The position numbers and the translations under genes are program-made. A stretch of DNA of 64,000 nt from Candidatus Caldarchaeales archaeon (lineage in GTDB: Archaea; Thermoproteota; Nitrososphaeria_A; Caldarchaeales; Calditenuaceae), in contig JBCNVM010000008.1 in assembly GCA_039630085.1 (NCBI GenBank), positions 7,179 through 71,178 of the forward strand, in the 5' to 3' direction. Under the pieces are notes generated by a model. It worked only from the letters and a program-made list of their open reading frames with translations, ran no database searches and was not told the DNA's origin. The stretch's first letter is position 1. Every line of letters starts with the position of its first letter. This document shows, piece after piece, positions 33,823-43,585 of this stretch.

Positions 33823-35031
33823 GTGAGGAGGGCGGTCGTAGCGGCCGTCGTATTGGCGCTCGTCGCGGCTGCGGTTCTGGCGGCCCTCAGCGCGGTCCAG
33901 AGGGCCGCTCCCGCCGAGCCGATCAGGATAGGCTTCTTGGGGCCGCTGACGGGCCCCTTCGCTGCGTGGGGGCTCAACCACAGGGACGGGATGGCCTTCG
34001 CGGTAGAGGAGCTGAACGCGAGGGGAGGGGTGCTGGGGAGGAGGCTGGAGCTGGTCGTGAGGGACGACAGGAACAGCCCTTCGGAGGCGATCGCGGCCTT
34101 CAGGGAGCTGGTCGAGGTCCAGAGGGCGGTGGCGGTCGCGGGCCCGGTCTCCAGCGACGTCGGGCTCGCGCTCTCGAGGGAGGCCGAGAGGTACAGGGTA
34201 CCGCTCTTCCTCCACGCCGCGGGCTCCGACAGGGTGCTGAGCCGCTCCGGCAGGTTCACCTTCAGGACCTGCCTCCCCTCGGCCTCGATGCACGAGGAGC
34301 TCTTCGGGGAGTTCATCGCCTCCCACGGGATCAGGAGGGTCGCGAACCTGATCGCCGACTACGAGTGGGGCCACTCGATCAGGGAGGCCGTCGAGAGGGT
34401 CGCGAGGAGGCTGGGGGTCGAGCTTGTCACGGAGGTGGCTCCGCTCGCCGAGAGGGACTTCACCCCCTACCTGAGGAGGCTGAAGGAATTCGACCCGGAG
34501 CTGATCGTGGCCACCGGTCACCCGCCCGGACTCGCGACGATCGTCAAGCAGGGCGCCGAGCTCGGACTGAGGGCTAGGTGGGTCACAGGGTCGATACCGC
34601 CCGCGGCGCCCCTCGTCAGCTCGCTGGGCGACTTGGCCTTCGAGAGGGTCCTCCTGACCAACTGCGCCAACTACGGGAGCGGGGAGTACGTCAGGCTCGC
34701 GGAGAGGTTCAGGGCCAGGTTCGGGACGCTCATGGAGCAGTTCGCGGTGACAGGGTACGTGACGGTGATGCTGGTCGCAGACGCGATCGCGAGGACCGGG
34801 TCGGCTGACCCCGTTAAGGTCGCGGAGGCCGTGAGGACCGGGAGGTTCGTCACGGAGCTCCTCAACTGGCCCCTCTCTTACACCGAGTGGGGGGAGCTGA
34901 GGGAGGCGAGGATGAGCTTCGCGGTGATAAGGAGGGGAGACCCGCCGGGGGGCGTGAACCCGGGAGCAGGATGGCACCTCGAGACCCTTTTCGTCACGTC
35001 GAGGCCAGTGAGGCCCTATGAGCCGCCGTGA
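33823..35031 (+). CDS. livK: Branched-chain amino acid-type ABC transporter substrate-binding protein (LivK/Peripla_BP_6)
   Basis: Signal/anchor AAVVLALVAAAVLAAL, then IRIGFLGPLTGPFAAWG...NARGGVLGRRLELVVRDD, which is typical of the family. Confidence 0.85.
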   Translation: MRRAVVAAVVLALVAAAVLAALSAVQRAAPAEPIRIGFLGPLTGPFAAWGLNHRDGMAFAVEELNARGGVLGRRLELVVRDDRNSPSEAIAAFRELVEVQRAVAVAGPVSSDVGLALSREAERYRVPLFLHAAGSDRVLSRSGRFTFRTCLPSASMHEELFGEFIASHGIRRVANLIADYEWGHSIREAVERVARRLGVELVTEVAPLAERDFTPYLRRLKEFDPELIVATGHPPGLATIVKQGAELGLRARWVTGSIPPAAPLVSSLGDLAFERVLLTNCANYGSGEYVRLAERFRARFGTLMEQFAVTGYVTVMLVADAIARTGSADPVKVAEAVRTGRFVTELLNWPLSYTEWGELREARMSFAVIRRGDPPGGVNPGAGWHLETLFVTSRPVRPYEPP

Positions 35032-35734
35032 GGCGGTGCTGAGGGCGGTGGGCGTCGCGAAGTCGCTCGGAGGGAGCCCGGTCCTGAGGGGCGCGAGCCT
35101 CGAGGTCGCGGAGGGCGAGGTCCTCGGGCTCATCGGCCCCAACGGCTCCGGGAAGACGACGCTCGTCAACGTGATCACCGGACTCTGGAGGCCCGACTCG
35201 GGCAGGGTGACGGTCGACGGGTTGGACGTGACCCACATGCCGCCCGAGGGGATCGCGAGGCTCGGCGTGAGGAGGACCTTCCAGGTCCCCAGGCTCTTCG
35301 GGAGGCTCACCGCCCTCCAGAACGCCGAGCTCCCGCTGATCGCGGAGGGCGCCCCCGACGCCTACGAGAGGGCGAAGGAGGTCCTCGAGGCGCTCGGGTT
35401 CAGGGATTTCGACGCGAGGCCCGAGGAGCTGGACCTTCCCAGGAGGAGGCTGGTCGAGGTCGCGAGGGCGGTCGCGGCGAGGCCGAGGCTCCTGGTGATC
35501 GACGAGCTCCTCGCCGGCCTCTCGGACGACGAGTGCGAGGCCTACGTCTCCTCCCTGATGGAGCTGAGGCGCGAGCTGGGCTTCTCGGTCCTCTGGGTCG
35601 AGCACGTGGTCAGGTGGCTCTTCAGGGCCGCCGACAGGGTCGCGGTGATGAACGAGGGCTCCGTGGTCGCGGAGGGCAGCCCGGAGGAGGTCATGGCCTC
35701 TCCCGAGGTGAGCAGGATCTACTTCGGTGCCTGA
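35018..35734 (+). CDS. livG: ABC transporter ATP-binding protein LivG-like
   Basis: GPNGSGKTT Walker A, a degenerate signature around PRRRLVEVARAV, and LLVIDELLAGL Walker B. Confidence 0.9.
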   Translation: MSRREAVLRAVGVAKSLGGSPVLRGASLEVAEGEVLGLIGPNGSGKTTLVNVITGLWRPDSGRVTVDGLDVTHMPPEGIARLGVRRTFQVPRLFGRLTALQNAELPLIAEGAPDAYERAKEVLEALGFRDFDARPEELDLPRRRLVEVARAVAARPRLLVIDELLAGLSDDECEAYVSSLMELRRELGFSVLWVEHVVRWLFRAADRVAVMNEGSVVAEGSPEEVMASPEVSRIYFGA

Positions 35735-35736
35735 GC

Positions 35737-36450
35737 ATGCTCGAGGTCAGGGACGCGAGGGCGGTCATCGACGGCCACGAGGTCCTGAGGGGCGTGACGG
35801 TGAGGGTCGGGGACGGGGAGTCTGTCGCGCTGGTAGGGCCCAACGGCTCCGGGAAGACGACGCTCCTCAGGGCCGTCGCGGGGCTCGTCCGCCTCTCCTC
35901 TGGCAGGGTCCTGATAGACGGCTCCGACGTCACCTCGACCCCGGTCAAGGTCAGGGCCTCGATGGGCGTGGCGCTTGTCCCGAACGAGGGCGAGGTCTTC
36001 CCCGACCTCACGGTCCTCGAGAACCTGATCGTCGCGGGCTCGGCGCTTAGGGACGCGTCTGAGCTGGCGCGTAACGTCGAGCGGGCCTTCTCGGCCTTCG
36101 GGAGGCTGAGGGAGAGGTCAAGGGTGAAGGCGTCGGCGCTCAGCGGCGGCGAGAGGAGGATGCTGGCTATCGCGATGGGCCTGGTGAGGTCGCCGAGGGT
36201 CCTGCTCCTCGACGAGCCGAGCAGCGGCCTCTCTCCCGCAGCCCTGAGGGACGTGGCCTCGGTCCTGAGGTCCTTCAGGGGCCCGAGGACTTCGGTGCTG
36301 GTCGCGGAGCAGAACCTCGACGCGGCCCTGGCCCTTGCAGAGAGGGTCTACGTGGTGAAGGGCGGCGCGGTGGTGGCCGAGGCGCTGAGCTCGGAGAGGG
36401 AGGCGCTCGCGAGGGCCTTCGCGTCGTCCCACTGGGTGACCAGATCTTGA
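35737..36450 (+). CDS. livF: ABC transporter ATP-binding protein LivF-like
   Basis: ATG at 35737, 2 nt after the livG stop. GPNGSGKTT, LSGGERRMLAIAMGL, LLLDEPSSGL. Confidence 0.9.
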   Translation: MLEVRDARAVIDGHEVLRGVTVRVGDGESVALVGPNGSGKTTLLRAVAGLVRLSSGRVLIDGSDVTSTPVKVRASMGVALVPNEGEVFPDLTVLENLIVAGSALRDASELARNVERAFSAFGRLRERSRVKASALSGGERRMLAIAMGLVRSPRVLLLDEPSSGLSPAALRDVASVLRSFRGPRTSVLVAEQNLDAALALAERVYVVKGGAVVAEALSSEREALARAFASSHWVTRS

Positions 36451-37286
36451 TCGACGTCCTGGTCGACGGAGTCTCGTTCGGGCTCCAGCTCGCGATGCTC
36501 GGCGTAGGCCTCACGGTCGTCTATGGGATCGCGGGCGTCCTGAACCTCTCCCACGGCGAATGGGTCGTCGCCGCGACGGTCTCCGCCTCGCTGCTGACCG
36601 CCTCCGGACTCCACCCTGCCCTCGCGGCCCCCGCGGCCCTGCTTCCGGCCGTCCTCCTCTCAATCCTGACCTGGTCCCTGCTGAGGCCCCTCCAGAGGCT
36701 CGGGGAGGAGGAGAGGTCGGCCATCGGGCTCGTGGTGACCCTGGCCCTCGCCCTCGCGCTCCACGGAGTCTTCACGTCCCAGTTCGCGACGGCCCACTAC
36801 TCCTTCCAGGTCCCGGTGGGGCCCATCACGGTCGCGGGGTTCGACCTCAGGCCCTCCTCGCTGATCTCCTCGGCGACGGCCGCGCTCGTCCTCGCCTCCC
36901 TCCACCTCTTCGTCACCAGGACGAGGACCGGGATCTCCCTCCGGGCAACCTTCCAGAACCCGCGGCTCGCGGAGCTCCAAGGTATCGACGTCGGGAGGAT
37001 GAGGTCTGCCGCTTTCGTCCTCTCGGCGCTCCTCGCCGGGGGAGCTGGCCTGCTCCTGGGCACGACGGCCTCGGTGGACCCCGCCAGCGGACTCGAGCTG
37101 ACCCTCCTCTCGCTGATCGTCTGCATCCTCGGGGGAGTGAGGAGCGTGAGGGGCGTGGTCTCGGCCGGCGTGGCGCTGGGCGTGACCGACTCGGTGCTCT
37201 CCTACCTGATCGGCGCCTACCTCTCCCAGTTCCTCCTCCTGATGGTCGCGTCGGCGGTCCTCGCGTCCAAGGTGAGGCTCGGTTGA
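36447..37286 (+). CDS. livH: Branched-chain amino acid ABC permease LivH-like
   Basis: 279 aa, polytopic, BPD_transp_2-like. TTG start overlapping the livF stop. Confidence 0.85.
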   Translation: MIDVLVDGVSFGLQLAMLGVGLTVVYGIAGVLNLSHGEWVVAATVSASLLTASGLHPALAAPAALLPAVLLSILTWSLLRPLQRLGEEERSAIGLVVTLALALALHGVFTSQFATAHYSFQVPVGPITVAGFDLRPSSLISSATAALVLASLHLFVTRTRTGISLRATFQNPRLAELQGIDVGRMRSAAFVLSALLAGGAGLLLGTTASVDPASGLELTLLSLIVCILGGVRSVRGVVSAGVALGVTDSVLSYLIGAYLSQFLLLMVASAVLASKVRLG

Positions 37287-38257
37287 GGCCGGGGACGCTC
37301 GTCGGGGCCGCCTCCGCGGTTCTGACCTCCGCGATCGTCGTGGCCTCGCTCTCCTCCGAGAGCCTCTACGCCCTCCGGGTCGTGAGCAGCGTCGCGTTCT
37401 ACGTCGCCGTCTCCCAGGCCGTGGGGCTGGTCTTCGCGGCCACAGGCCAGGTCTTCCTCGCGTTCGGTGCGCTCGCCGGGACCTCCGCTTACGTCGCCTC
37501 GCTCCTCGCGATCCACCTCGACGTCCACCGCTCGGTCGCCTCGGCAGCTGGGATCTCGGCCTCGGTGCTCCTCGGGACCGCGGCCTCGGCGGCCGCAGCG
37601 TCTAGGGGCGTCTCGGGGATGCACTTCGGCGTCCTGACGCTCCTCGTGGCCCTCTCCTTCGAGGTGCTGGTCCTGGGGATGAGGGAGGTGACGTTCGGCG
37701 AGGCGGGCTTCAGGGTCCCCGACCCGCTGGCCTGGATGGGGGAGCTGGCCTCCGCGAGGGCCTACGCCCTGATGGGCGCGGCGCTGCTCTCGGCCTCGAC
37801 GGCCATCAACCTGCTCCTCCTACGCTCGAGGGTCGGCGTCCTGATGAGGGCGGTCGGGGAGGACGCGGAGCTCGTGAGGTTCTCCGGCGTTAACCCGGTG
37901 AGGTACAAGGCCCTCGCCACGGCTATCGGCTCGCTCTACGCCTCGGCCGCGGGACAGCTCTACGCCCACTCGAACGGCTTCGCCGCTCCCTCGATGTTCT
38001 CGCTGGCCGAGGTCGACGCGCTCGCTTACCTCGTCTGCATCGTCGGAGGCCTCGGGAGCGCGACAGGGGTTTTGATCGCGGGCACCGGAGTCACGCTCCT
38101 GAAGGAGGCCACGAGGGGCCTTGGGGAGCTCCAGCTCGCGGTCTTCGGGCTCAGCCTCCTCGCGTCGGTGACGGCGTGGAAGTCGGGAGCCCTGAGCAGG
38201 TCGCTCCGGCTCACGGCCTCTGGGCGACGAAGACCGAGTAGGTCGACTCCGGGGTGA
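37283..38257 (+). CDS. livM: Branched-chain amino acid ABC permease LivM-like
   Basis: TTG at 37283 overlaps the livH TGA (TTGA). The hydrophobic polytopic sequence starts there. The track ORF from 36560 is an Arg/Pro-rich out-of-frame overlap of livH. Confidence 0.8.
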   Translation: MRPGTLVGAASAVLTSAIVVASLSSESLYALRVVSSVAFYVAVSQAVGLVFAATGQVFLAFGALAGTSAYVASLLAIHLDVHRSVASAAGISASVLLGTAASAAAASRGVSGMHFGVLTLLVALSFEVLVLGMREVTFGEAGFRVPDPLAWMGELASARAYALMGAALLSASTAINLLLLRSRVGVLMRAVGEDAELVRFSGVNPVRYKALATAIGSLYASAAGQLYAHSNGFAAPSMFSLAEVDALAYLVCIVGGLGSATGVLIAGTGVTLLKEATRGLGELQLAVFGLSLLASVTAWKSGALSRSLRLTASGRRRPSRSTPG

Positions 38258-39518
38258 CGGACTTCACGCGGACCCTGATCGCCGAGAGGCCCGAGAACCT
38301 GAGGACCTGGGACTCCCCCTCCTTCGCGGCGACCGACTCCGCCCTGAACCAGACGTCCTTGAAGCCGACGTCCACGTAGGGGCTGAAAGTGCCGTAAACG
38401 GTGAGCTCGACCTCTCCTTTGTGCACGAGCAGGTTCAGGGCGACCTCGTCCCACTCCATCACGTTCAACGGCGGGTCGAGGAACTCGCCCTCGGGCCTCG
38501 CATAGTCTCTGAAGGCGAGCGCCCAGTAGAGGCTCGACCTCGGGAGCTCCTCTAACTCCAGCACCGTCGAGGAGTAACGGCCGTTCCAGTCCACGAGCCC
38601 CAGCCTGCCTCTCAGGGTCCAGAAGACGTGGGTCGTCTCGTGAAGCCCGATCGACGTCGGCCTGTAAATCTCCCTGCTCTCCCACCGGCGATGCGGATCC
38701 TCCAGCGCGATAAAGGGCCTCATCCAGCCCCAGACCGGCCTACAGTCCTCGTCCACCGCGACCACCCCGCCTCCCGCCTCCATTCCGATCACGGTCACGT
38801 TCCCCCCGAGCTCCGCGAGCCCGAGCCTCAGCGCCGAGTGCGGCTTCATCGGCCAGAAGACGTTCCTCTTGGAAACAGGGGGACAAGACCATTTCACGAA
38901 CCCGTTGTCCTCCCTGACCTCGTAGACGCCCTCTGTGCTCCTGTTCACAGCAACCAGCAGGTCGCCGCCGAAGTCGTTCCTGTGGATCTCGCTGGGCGTG
39001 CGGCCCTCGACCCTCGAGAGCTTCGCGACCCCCGGCCCCAAGTCGAGGTTCCAGACCGTCTTCCCGTCGAAGTCGATCCTCCTGACGAACCCCGCGGAGT
39101 AGTCGGTGATGATCAGGCCCTTCAGGTCCGATGTCGGGAGGCAGTCGTGGGACCACTTCGCGTCGTCCGGCCTCGCGACCTTCTTGACGTTCCTCCCCCT
39201 CCTCGAGACTAGGACGTAGTTGTTGTCGAGGTCCGCGCAGAGCACGTCCCCGGGCTGGGCTCCGATTCCGGGGATCTCCTCGGTGACCATCCTGACGATG
39301 TGAGGGTTCGCGGTGCGCGCGGTGCGGGCGCCCCCCTCTACCCTGTGCTCCCAGACCACCTCGCCGGACTCGAGGCTGTAGATCTCCACCGACCTCCTGA
39401 TGTGGGGGTCGGCCATCACGAGCACCTCCTCGCCGGTCACCGGGTCGATGAGGTTCTCGGCGAAGTGCGGCGCGTACCCGTGCTTGGAGAAGAGGACCCT
39501 TGCCTTCAGGCCCAGCAT
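38211..39518 (-). CDS. Hypothetical cytoplasmic beta-rich (propeller-like) protein
   Basis: 435 aa from the ATG at 39516-39518; the track ORF extends to 40139 as Pro/Arg-rich sequence antisense to ksgA. It has repeated W/G/D beta-strand patterns and no signal peptide. I cannot assign a family. Confidence 0.5.
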   Translation of the reverse strand: MLGLKARVLFSKHGYAPHFAENLIDPVTGEEVLVMADPHIRRSVEIYSLESGEVVWEHRVEGGARTARTANPHIVRMVTEEIPGIGAQPGDVLCADLDNNYVLVSRRGRNVKKVARPDDAKWSHDCLPTSDLKGLIITDYSAGFVRRIDFDGKTVWNLDLGPGVAKLSRVEGRTPSEIHRNDFGGDLLVAVNRSTEGVYEVREDNGFVKWSCPPVSKRNVFWPMKPHSALRLGLAELGGNVTVIGMEAGGGVVAVDEDCRPVWGWMRPFIALEDPHRRWESREIYRPTSIGLHETTHVFWTLRGRLGLVDWNGRYSSTVLELEELPRSSLYWALAFRDYARPEGEFLDPPLNVMEWDEVALNLLVHKGEVELTVYGTFSPYVDVGFKDVWFRAESVAAKEGESQVLRFSGLSAIRVRVKSVTPESTYSVFVAQRP

Positions 39519-39602
39519 CGGCTGTCGAAGAGGGCCCCGGATATTCGGCTTTCCCGCGGGGCCAAAGGTTAATGGGGGCTGAAGGGGAGTCCGGCTTAGC
39601 GG

Positions 39603-40346
39603 ATGGCGAGGCTCGGCCAGCACTTCCTCAGGGACAGGAGCGTGGCCGGGAGGATGGTGGAGCTCGCGGAGATACGGAGGGACGACGTGGTCCTCGAGGT
39701 CGGGACCGGGACCGGCGAGCTGACCGAGGCCATAGCCCGGACCGGGTGCAGGGTCGTGACCGTCGAGATCGACCCGAGACTCGCGGAGGTCGCGAGGAGG
39801 AGGTTGAGGTCCTACGGGAACGTCGAGGTGATCAACGGCGACGCCCTGAGGGTCGAGCTCCCGGAGTTCAACAAGGTCCTCTCTTCCCCTCCCTACTACA
39901 TCTCCACGAGGCTCCTTAGGTGGCTGGCCACGAGGGCGCTCCCGGAGAGGGCGGTCCTTCTCCTCCAGAGGGAGTTCGCGGAGAAGCTGGTCGCGGAGCC
40001 GGGGACGAGGAAGTACGTCCTGACGAGCCTGCTGGTGAGGAGCGCCTTCGACGTCCGGATCGCCTTCGACGTCGGCAGGAGGGCTTTCAGCCCGCCCCCC
40101 AAAGTCACTTCCTCCGTGGTGACGCTCTCGAGGAGGCAAGGAGAGGTCTACCCGGACTGGTTCGTCGAGGTGCTCGCAGGGGCCTTCACGACTAGGCGCA
40201 GGCTCCTCAGGGGGGTTCTGGCCCGGATGTCGGTCCCTTGCCCTCCGGAGCTCTCGGGACTCAGGGTCTGCGAGCTCGACCCGGACCTAGCCAGCAGGCT
40301 CCTCGAAGCCCTCCGGGAGGGCCGTCGGCCGCACCAGCTCGCGTAG
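39603..40346 (+). CDS. ksgA: 16S/18S rRNA (adenine-N6,N6)-dimethyltransferase KsgA/Dim1
   Basis: LGQHFLRD at the N-terminus, VLEVGTGTGELT (SAM motif I), and SSPPYYIST. Confidence 0.9.
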   Translation: MARLGQHFLRDRSVAGRMVELAEIRRDDVVLEVGTGTGELTEAIARTGCRVVTVEIDPRLAEVARRRLRSYGNVEVINGDALRVELPEFNKVLSSPPYYISTRLLRWLATRALPERAVLLLQREFAEKLVAEPGTRKYVLTSLLVRSAFDVRIAFDVGRRAFSPPPKVTSSVVTLSRRQGEVYPDWFVEVLAGAFTTRRRLLRGVLARMSVPCPPELSGLRVCELDPDLASRLLEALREGRRPHQLA

Positions 40347-40349
40347 ATA

Positions 40350-41579
40350 TTGAGGGGAGGGAGACTATATGACGTGAGGAGCAGGTGGGTCTACCCCGCC
40401 GTGGGCATGGCGGCCAATCTGGTCCTCGGGACGATCTACAGCTGGAGCGTCTTCCGCAGGCCCCTCGAGGACTTCTGCGGTTGGTCGGAGTTCGAGTCCT
40501 CGCTGCCGTTCTCGGTCTTCCTCTTCTCCTTCGCAGCGACGATGCCCTTCGGGGGCCGGATGATCGCGAGGCGCGGGCCGCAGCTCACCGCGGCCGTCGG
40601 CGCGGTCCTCGTCTGGGCGGGATGGGTCCTCTCGAGCCTCGTCTTCCCAATGAGGGACTCGCTGCTCCTGACGCTATTCTTCTACGGCGTCGTCGCGGGC
40701 GTCGGCGTCGGGCTCTACTACGGCGTCCCGATCGCGGTCTCGAGCAGGTGGTTCCCCGAGAGGAGGGGGCTGGCGGTGGGGCTGACGGTCCTCGGGTTCG
40801 GGCTCTCGCCGCTGATCACGGCGCCCCTCGCGGCCCACTCGATCCTCCAGCTCGGCGTGACCGGCGCGTTCGCGGTGCTCGGGACGGCGTTCGGGGTCCT
40901 GCTCGCGGCCCTCTCCAAGCTCCTCAGGTTTCCCGAGGCCGGGGAAGTTCAGACGAGGACAGCGGAGGTGAGCAGGTCCTCCGAGAGGGACATCGCGCCT
41001 GACCGGATGGTGAGGACGGGCCTCTTCAGGGCCCTCTGGCTCTGCTACCTCTCGGGAACCTTCGGCGGCTTCATCGCGATCTCCCTCTCCGCGAAGTACT
41101 GCGTCGACGTGATCGGCATGACACCACAGGCCGCTGCGGCCATGACGGGGCTCTTCGCGGTCTTCAACGGCGCAGGCAGGCCCTTCTTCGGGTACCTGAC
41201 AGACAGGCTCTCCGCTAGGGCCGCGGCCCTGCTCAGCTTCGTGATCCTCCTGATCGCGTCCTCGACGATGGCGCTCTCGGGCTCGGTGGCCGCCTTCGTC
41301 GCCTCCTTCTCCGCGCTCTGGTTCGTCTTCGGGGGCTGGCTGGCGATCGCGCCCAGCCTGACATCGAAGTTCTTCGGGCTGAGGCACCTCTCGACCAACT
41401 ACGGGATCGTCTTCACCGCCTACGGGGCCTCGGCGCTGCTCGCGCCCCCCATCGCCGCGTTCCTCCGCGAGTCCTTCGGGACCTACGCCGTGCCCTTCGC
41501 GACCACCGCTGCCCTCTCGGTGATCGGGATGGCCCTCGCGGCCCTATGGCTGAGACCCGAGCGGGAGGGGAAGTCCTGA
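40350..41579 (+). CDS. MFS transporter, oxalate/formate antiporter (OFA)-like
   Basis: 409 aa with about 12 TM segments. The N-terminal GTIYSWSVF motif is typical of the OFA family. The start codon is uncertain (TTG 40350 or GTG 40374). Confidence 0.8.
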   Translation: MRGGRLYDVRSRWVYPAVGMAANLVLGTIYSWSVFRRPLEDFCGWSEFESSLPFSVFLFSFAATMPFGGRMIARRGPQLTAAVGAVLVWAGWVLSSLVFPMRDSLLLTLFFYGVVAGVGVGLYYGVPIAVSSRWFPERRGLAVGLTVLGFGLSPLITAPLAAHSILQLGVTGAFAVLGTAFGVLLAALSKLLRFPEAGEVQTRTAEVSRSSERDIAPDRMVRTGLFRALWLCYLSGTFGGFIAISLSAKYCVDVIGMTPQAAAAMTGLFAVFNGAGRPFFGYLTDRLSARAAALLSFVILLIASSTMALSGSVAAFVASFSALWFVFGGWLAIAPSLTSKFFGLRHLSTNYGIVFTAYGASALLAPPIAAFLRESFGTYAVPFATTAALSVIGMALAALWLRPEREGKS

Positions 41580-41636
41580 AGCCGGTCGGCCGCGGGAATC
41601 TTTTTCGTCGACAGAGCGGGATTACACTGGGCTGGC

Positions 41637-42881
41637 GTGGACTTCGGCTCGGTCGCGGTCTCGAGGGTCGAGGCTGGGCTCGAGAGGAGTTACTGCGAGG
41701 TCTGCGGGAACGTCGCGAGGTTCTGCAGGCTGACGAGGTGCCCGTTCTACAGACACGTCGTCGAAGAACTGAGGGGCCTTATCTCGTCGTCGAGGGGCTC
41801 GGTCTTCGGTCCGACGCCCCCGGCGATGCTGGTGGGCGAGAGGGGCTACCCGAGGGTCGTCGCGGGGCCCGCGGTCAGCGTCGCTCCGGAGCTGCTCGTC
41901 GGACCGAACCCCAAGGAGTGGCTCAACAAGTCACTAGAGGAGCTCCTCGCCTCGAGGCTCTCTCTGGTGATGGGGAGGAAGAGGGTCGACGCCAGGAGGC
42001 CGCTCTCCGAGAGGACGGTCCGGGAGCTGTTCGAGGCGGAGCTCTCCGTCAGGCCCGTCGACGTCGAGCTCTCCTACGAGGGCCCCGTCGTCCACAGGCC
42101 CGGTTTCTTCGCGAGGTCGATGCCCCACGGCCCCTCCGTGAGGCTGAAGTCGGCCCGCGTCGCCGGGAACCCGAGGATCCCGAGGAAGGTCGAGGAGGTG
42201 ATCGAGGGGGAGATGAGGGCCGAGCAGGCGGTGATCGAGCTCGCGGAGAGCGGGCTGGACCAGCAGTACGTCACGAGGGCCCTCTCGATCGGCGCGCTCG
42301 GCTCCCCCGTGAGGCGGAGGCTCGTACCGACCGAGTGGAGCATAACTGCGGTCGACGAGATCCTCTCGAGGCCGCTGCTGAGGAGGGTGAGGAGATACCC
42401 GCTCCTTAACGAGGTGAGGCTCCACAGCTTCTCGGCCCTCCACAACTCGGCCCACGTCCTGCTCCTGCCGACCTCCTGGGCCTTCGAGCTCCTCGAGGGT
42501 TGGCCGAAGTTCCCGGAGGACTCGCCCTACGCGGACCACGAGCTCCACTTCGGGAGGACCGACTACGCCGAGAACACCGGAGGGGCCTACTACGCGGTCA
42601 GGCTCGCCGTCCTGAGGCACCTCGCGTCCGAGAGGAGGCAGGCGGGCGCTGTCGTCCTCTTCGAGGTCGGGAGGGGCTGGATACCGCTCGGCGTCTGGAG
42701 GTTCAGGGAGGTGACCGCGGCCGCGCTCGGGAGTCCGCCGGAGAGGTTCCAGAGCCTCGAGGAGGCCCTGGAGCGGATCAGGCCGAGGCTCGAGCTCCCG
42801 CTGGAGAGGTACCTCGCCAAGAGCGCGGTCATCAGGTTGCTGGTCGCGCAGAGGACCCTCACGGGCTCGAGGGCGCTCTGA
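41637..42881 (+). CDS. nreA: Archaeal Nre-family protein (NreA-like DNA repair factor, DUF650/DUF651)
   Basis: An N-terminal Cys cluster CEVCGN...CRLTRCPFY followed by FGPTPPAMLVGERGYPRVVAGP. About 410 aa, as I recall for Nre proteins. Assigned from memory of the family, not from a search. Confidence 0.6.
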   Translation: MDFGSVAVSRVEAGLERSYCEVCGNVARFCRLTRCPFYRHVVEELRGLISSSRGSVFGPTPPAMLVGERGYPRVVAGPAVSVAPELLVGPNPKEWLNKSLEELLASRLSLVMGRKRVDARRPLSERTVRELFEAELSVRPVDVELSYEGPVVHRPGFFARSMPHGPSVRLKSARVAGNPRIPRKVEEVIEGEMRAEQAVIELAESGLDQQYVTRALSIGALGSPVRRRLVPTEWSITAVDEILSRPLLRRVRRYPLLNEVRLHSFSALHNSAHVLLLPTSWAFELLEGWPKFPEDSPYADHELHFGRTDYAENTGGAYYAVRLAVLRHLASERRQAGAVVLFEVGRGWIPLGVWRFREVTAAALGSPPERFQSLEEALERIRPRLELPLERYLAKSAVIRLLVAQRTLTGSRAL

Positions 42882-42904
42882 CGGCCGTCGGACGGGAGAG
42901 CTGG

Positions 42905-43585
42905 TCAGAGGATCAGGACGGAGAGGGACGCGGCCAGCATGACCGAGAGGAGGAGCAGGTCTGTAGCCCTCGCGTCTAGGGGCGCGAGCGGCCTCCAAGC
43001 GTACGGATCGAAGCCCCTCGCCTCGAGCGCCGTCGAGAGCCTCTCCGCTCTCTCGGCCAGCCCTTGGAGCACGGCCCTCATCAGGTGACCGGCCCCAGTG
43101 AGGTAGCCCATCGGGTGCGTCAGCAGCCCCTTGCTCCTCAGGGCCAGGACGACCTCGTCGAGGGAGTCGAGCGTCCTGACGACGACCGTGTGGGAGACGG
43201 CTATCGCCGCGGACATCCACCTCGGGAACCTGAGGTGCGAGGAGAGCGACCACGCGAGCTCCCATGGGTCCGTGCCGTACGCGAAGAGCAGCGCCGAGGA
43301 GGTCAGCGTCCAGACCCTCAGGGGGAGGAGGGCGAGAAGGGAGGGGTCGCGGTCGGGGGAGTTGAGGAACGCGAACGCCCCGAGCCCCAGCCCCATCGGG
43401 AGCAGCCTGAGGCACCACTTCGCCACCTGGGATGGACTCCGGGTGACGGCGGAGGCCGCGGCCGTGACGACCGCCGCGATCGGGAGGAGGTGGACCGGGT
43501 CTCGCTCCAGCGTCGCCGCGCTCGCCACGGCTAGCAGGCCCAGAAGGGAGACGGTCGGGTGAACCGCGCTCCTCCTACGGATCAA
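42905..43585 (-). CDS. ykoC: ECF transporter transmembrane (T) component, CbiQ/YkoC-like
   Basis: 226 aa with 5-6 TM segments and an ALEARGF motif (the conserved Ala-Arg-Gly coupling helix). Confidence 0.75.
   Translation of the reverse strand: MIRRRSAVHPTVSLLGLLAVASAATLERDPVHLLPIAAVVTAAASAVTRSPSQVAKWCLRLLPMGLGLGAFAFLNSPDRDPSLLALLPLRVWTLTSSALLFAYGTDPWELAWSLSSHLRFPRWMSAAIAVSHTVVVRTLDSLDEVVLALRSKGLLTHPMGYLTGAGHLMRAVLQGLAERAERLSTALEARGFDPYAWRPLAPLDARATDLLLLSVMLAASLSVLIL

Noticed and set aside
33724-35310. 528-aa minus-strand ORF opposite livK/livG, and the similar long antisense ORFs at 41934-43418, 50333-51631, 22254-23306, 14451-15635, 23998-24855 and 6023-7048
   Set aside because: All have biased Arg/Pro/Gly/Glu composition, lack recognisable domains and are fully covered by confidently identified genes on the other strand.
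36560-37282. Long N-terminal extensions of track ORFs for livM (36560), the beta-rich protein (to 40139), livM2 (to 60461), the MTase (to 20117) and livF (35533)
   Set aside because: The extended parts are Arg/Pro/Gly-rich and overlap the preceding gene out of frame. The hydrophobic or motif-bearing sequence begins at internal ATG/GTG/TTG codons that overlap the upstream stop codon.
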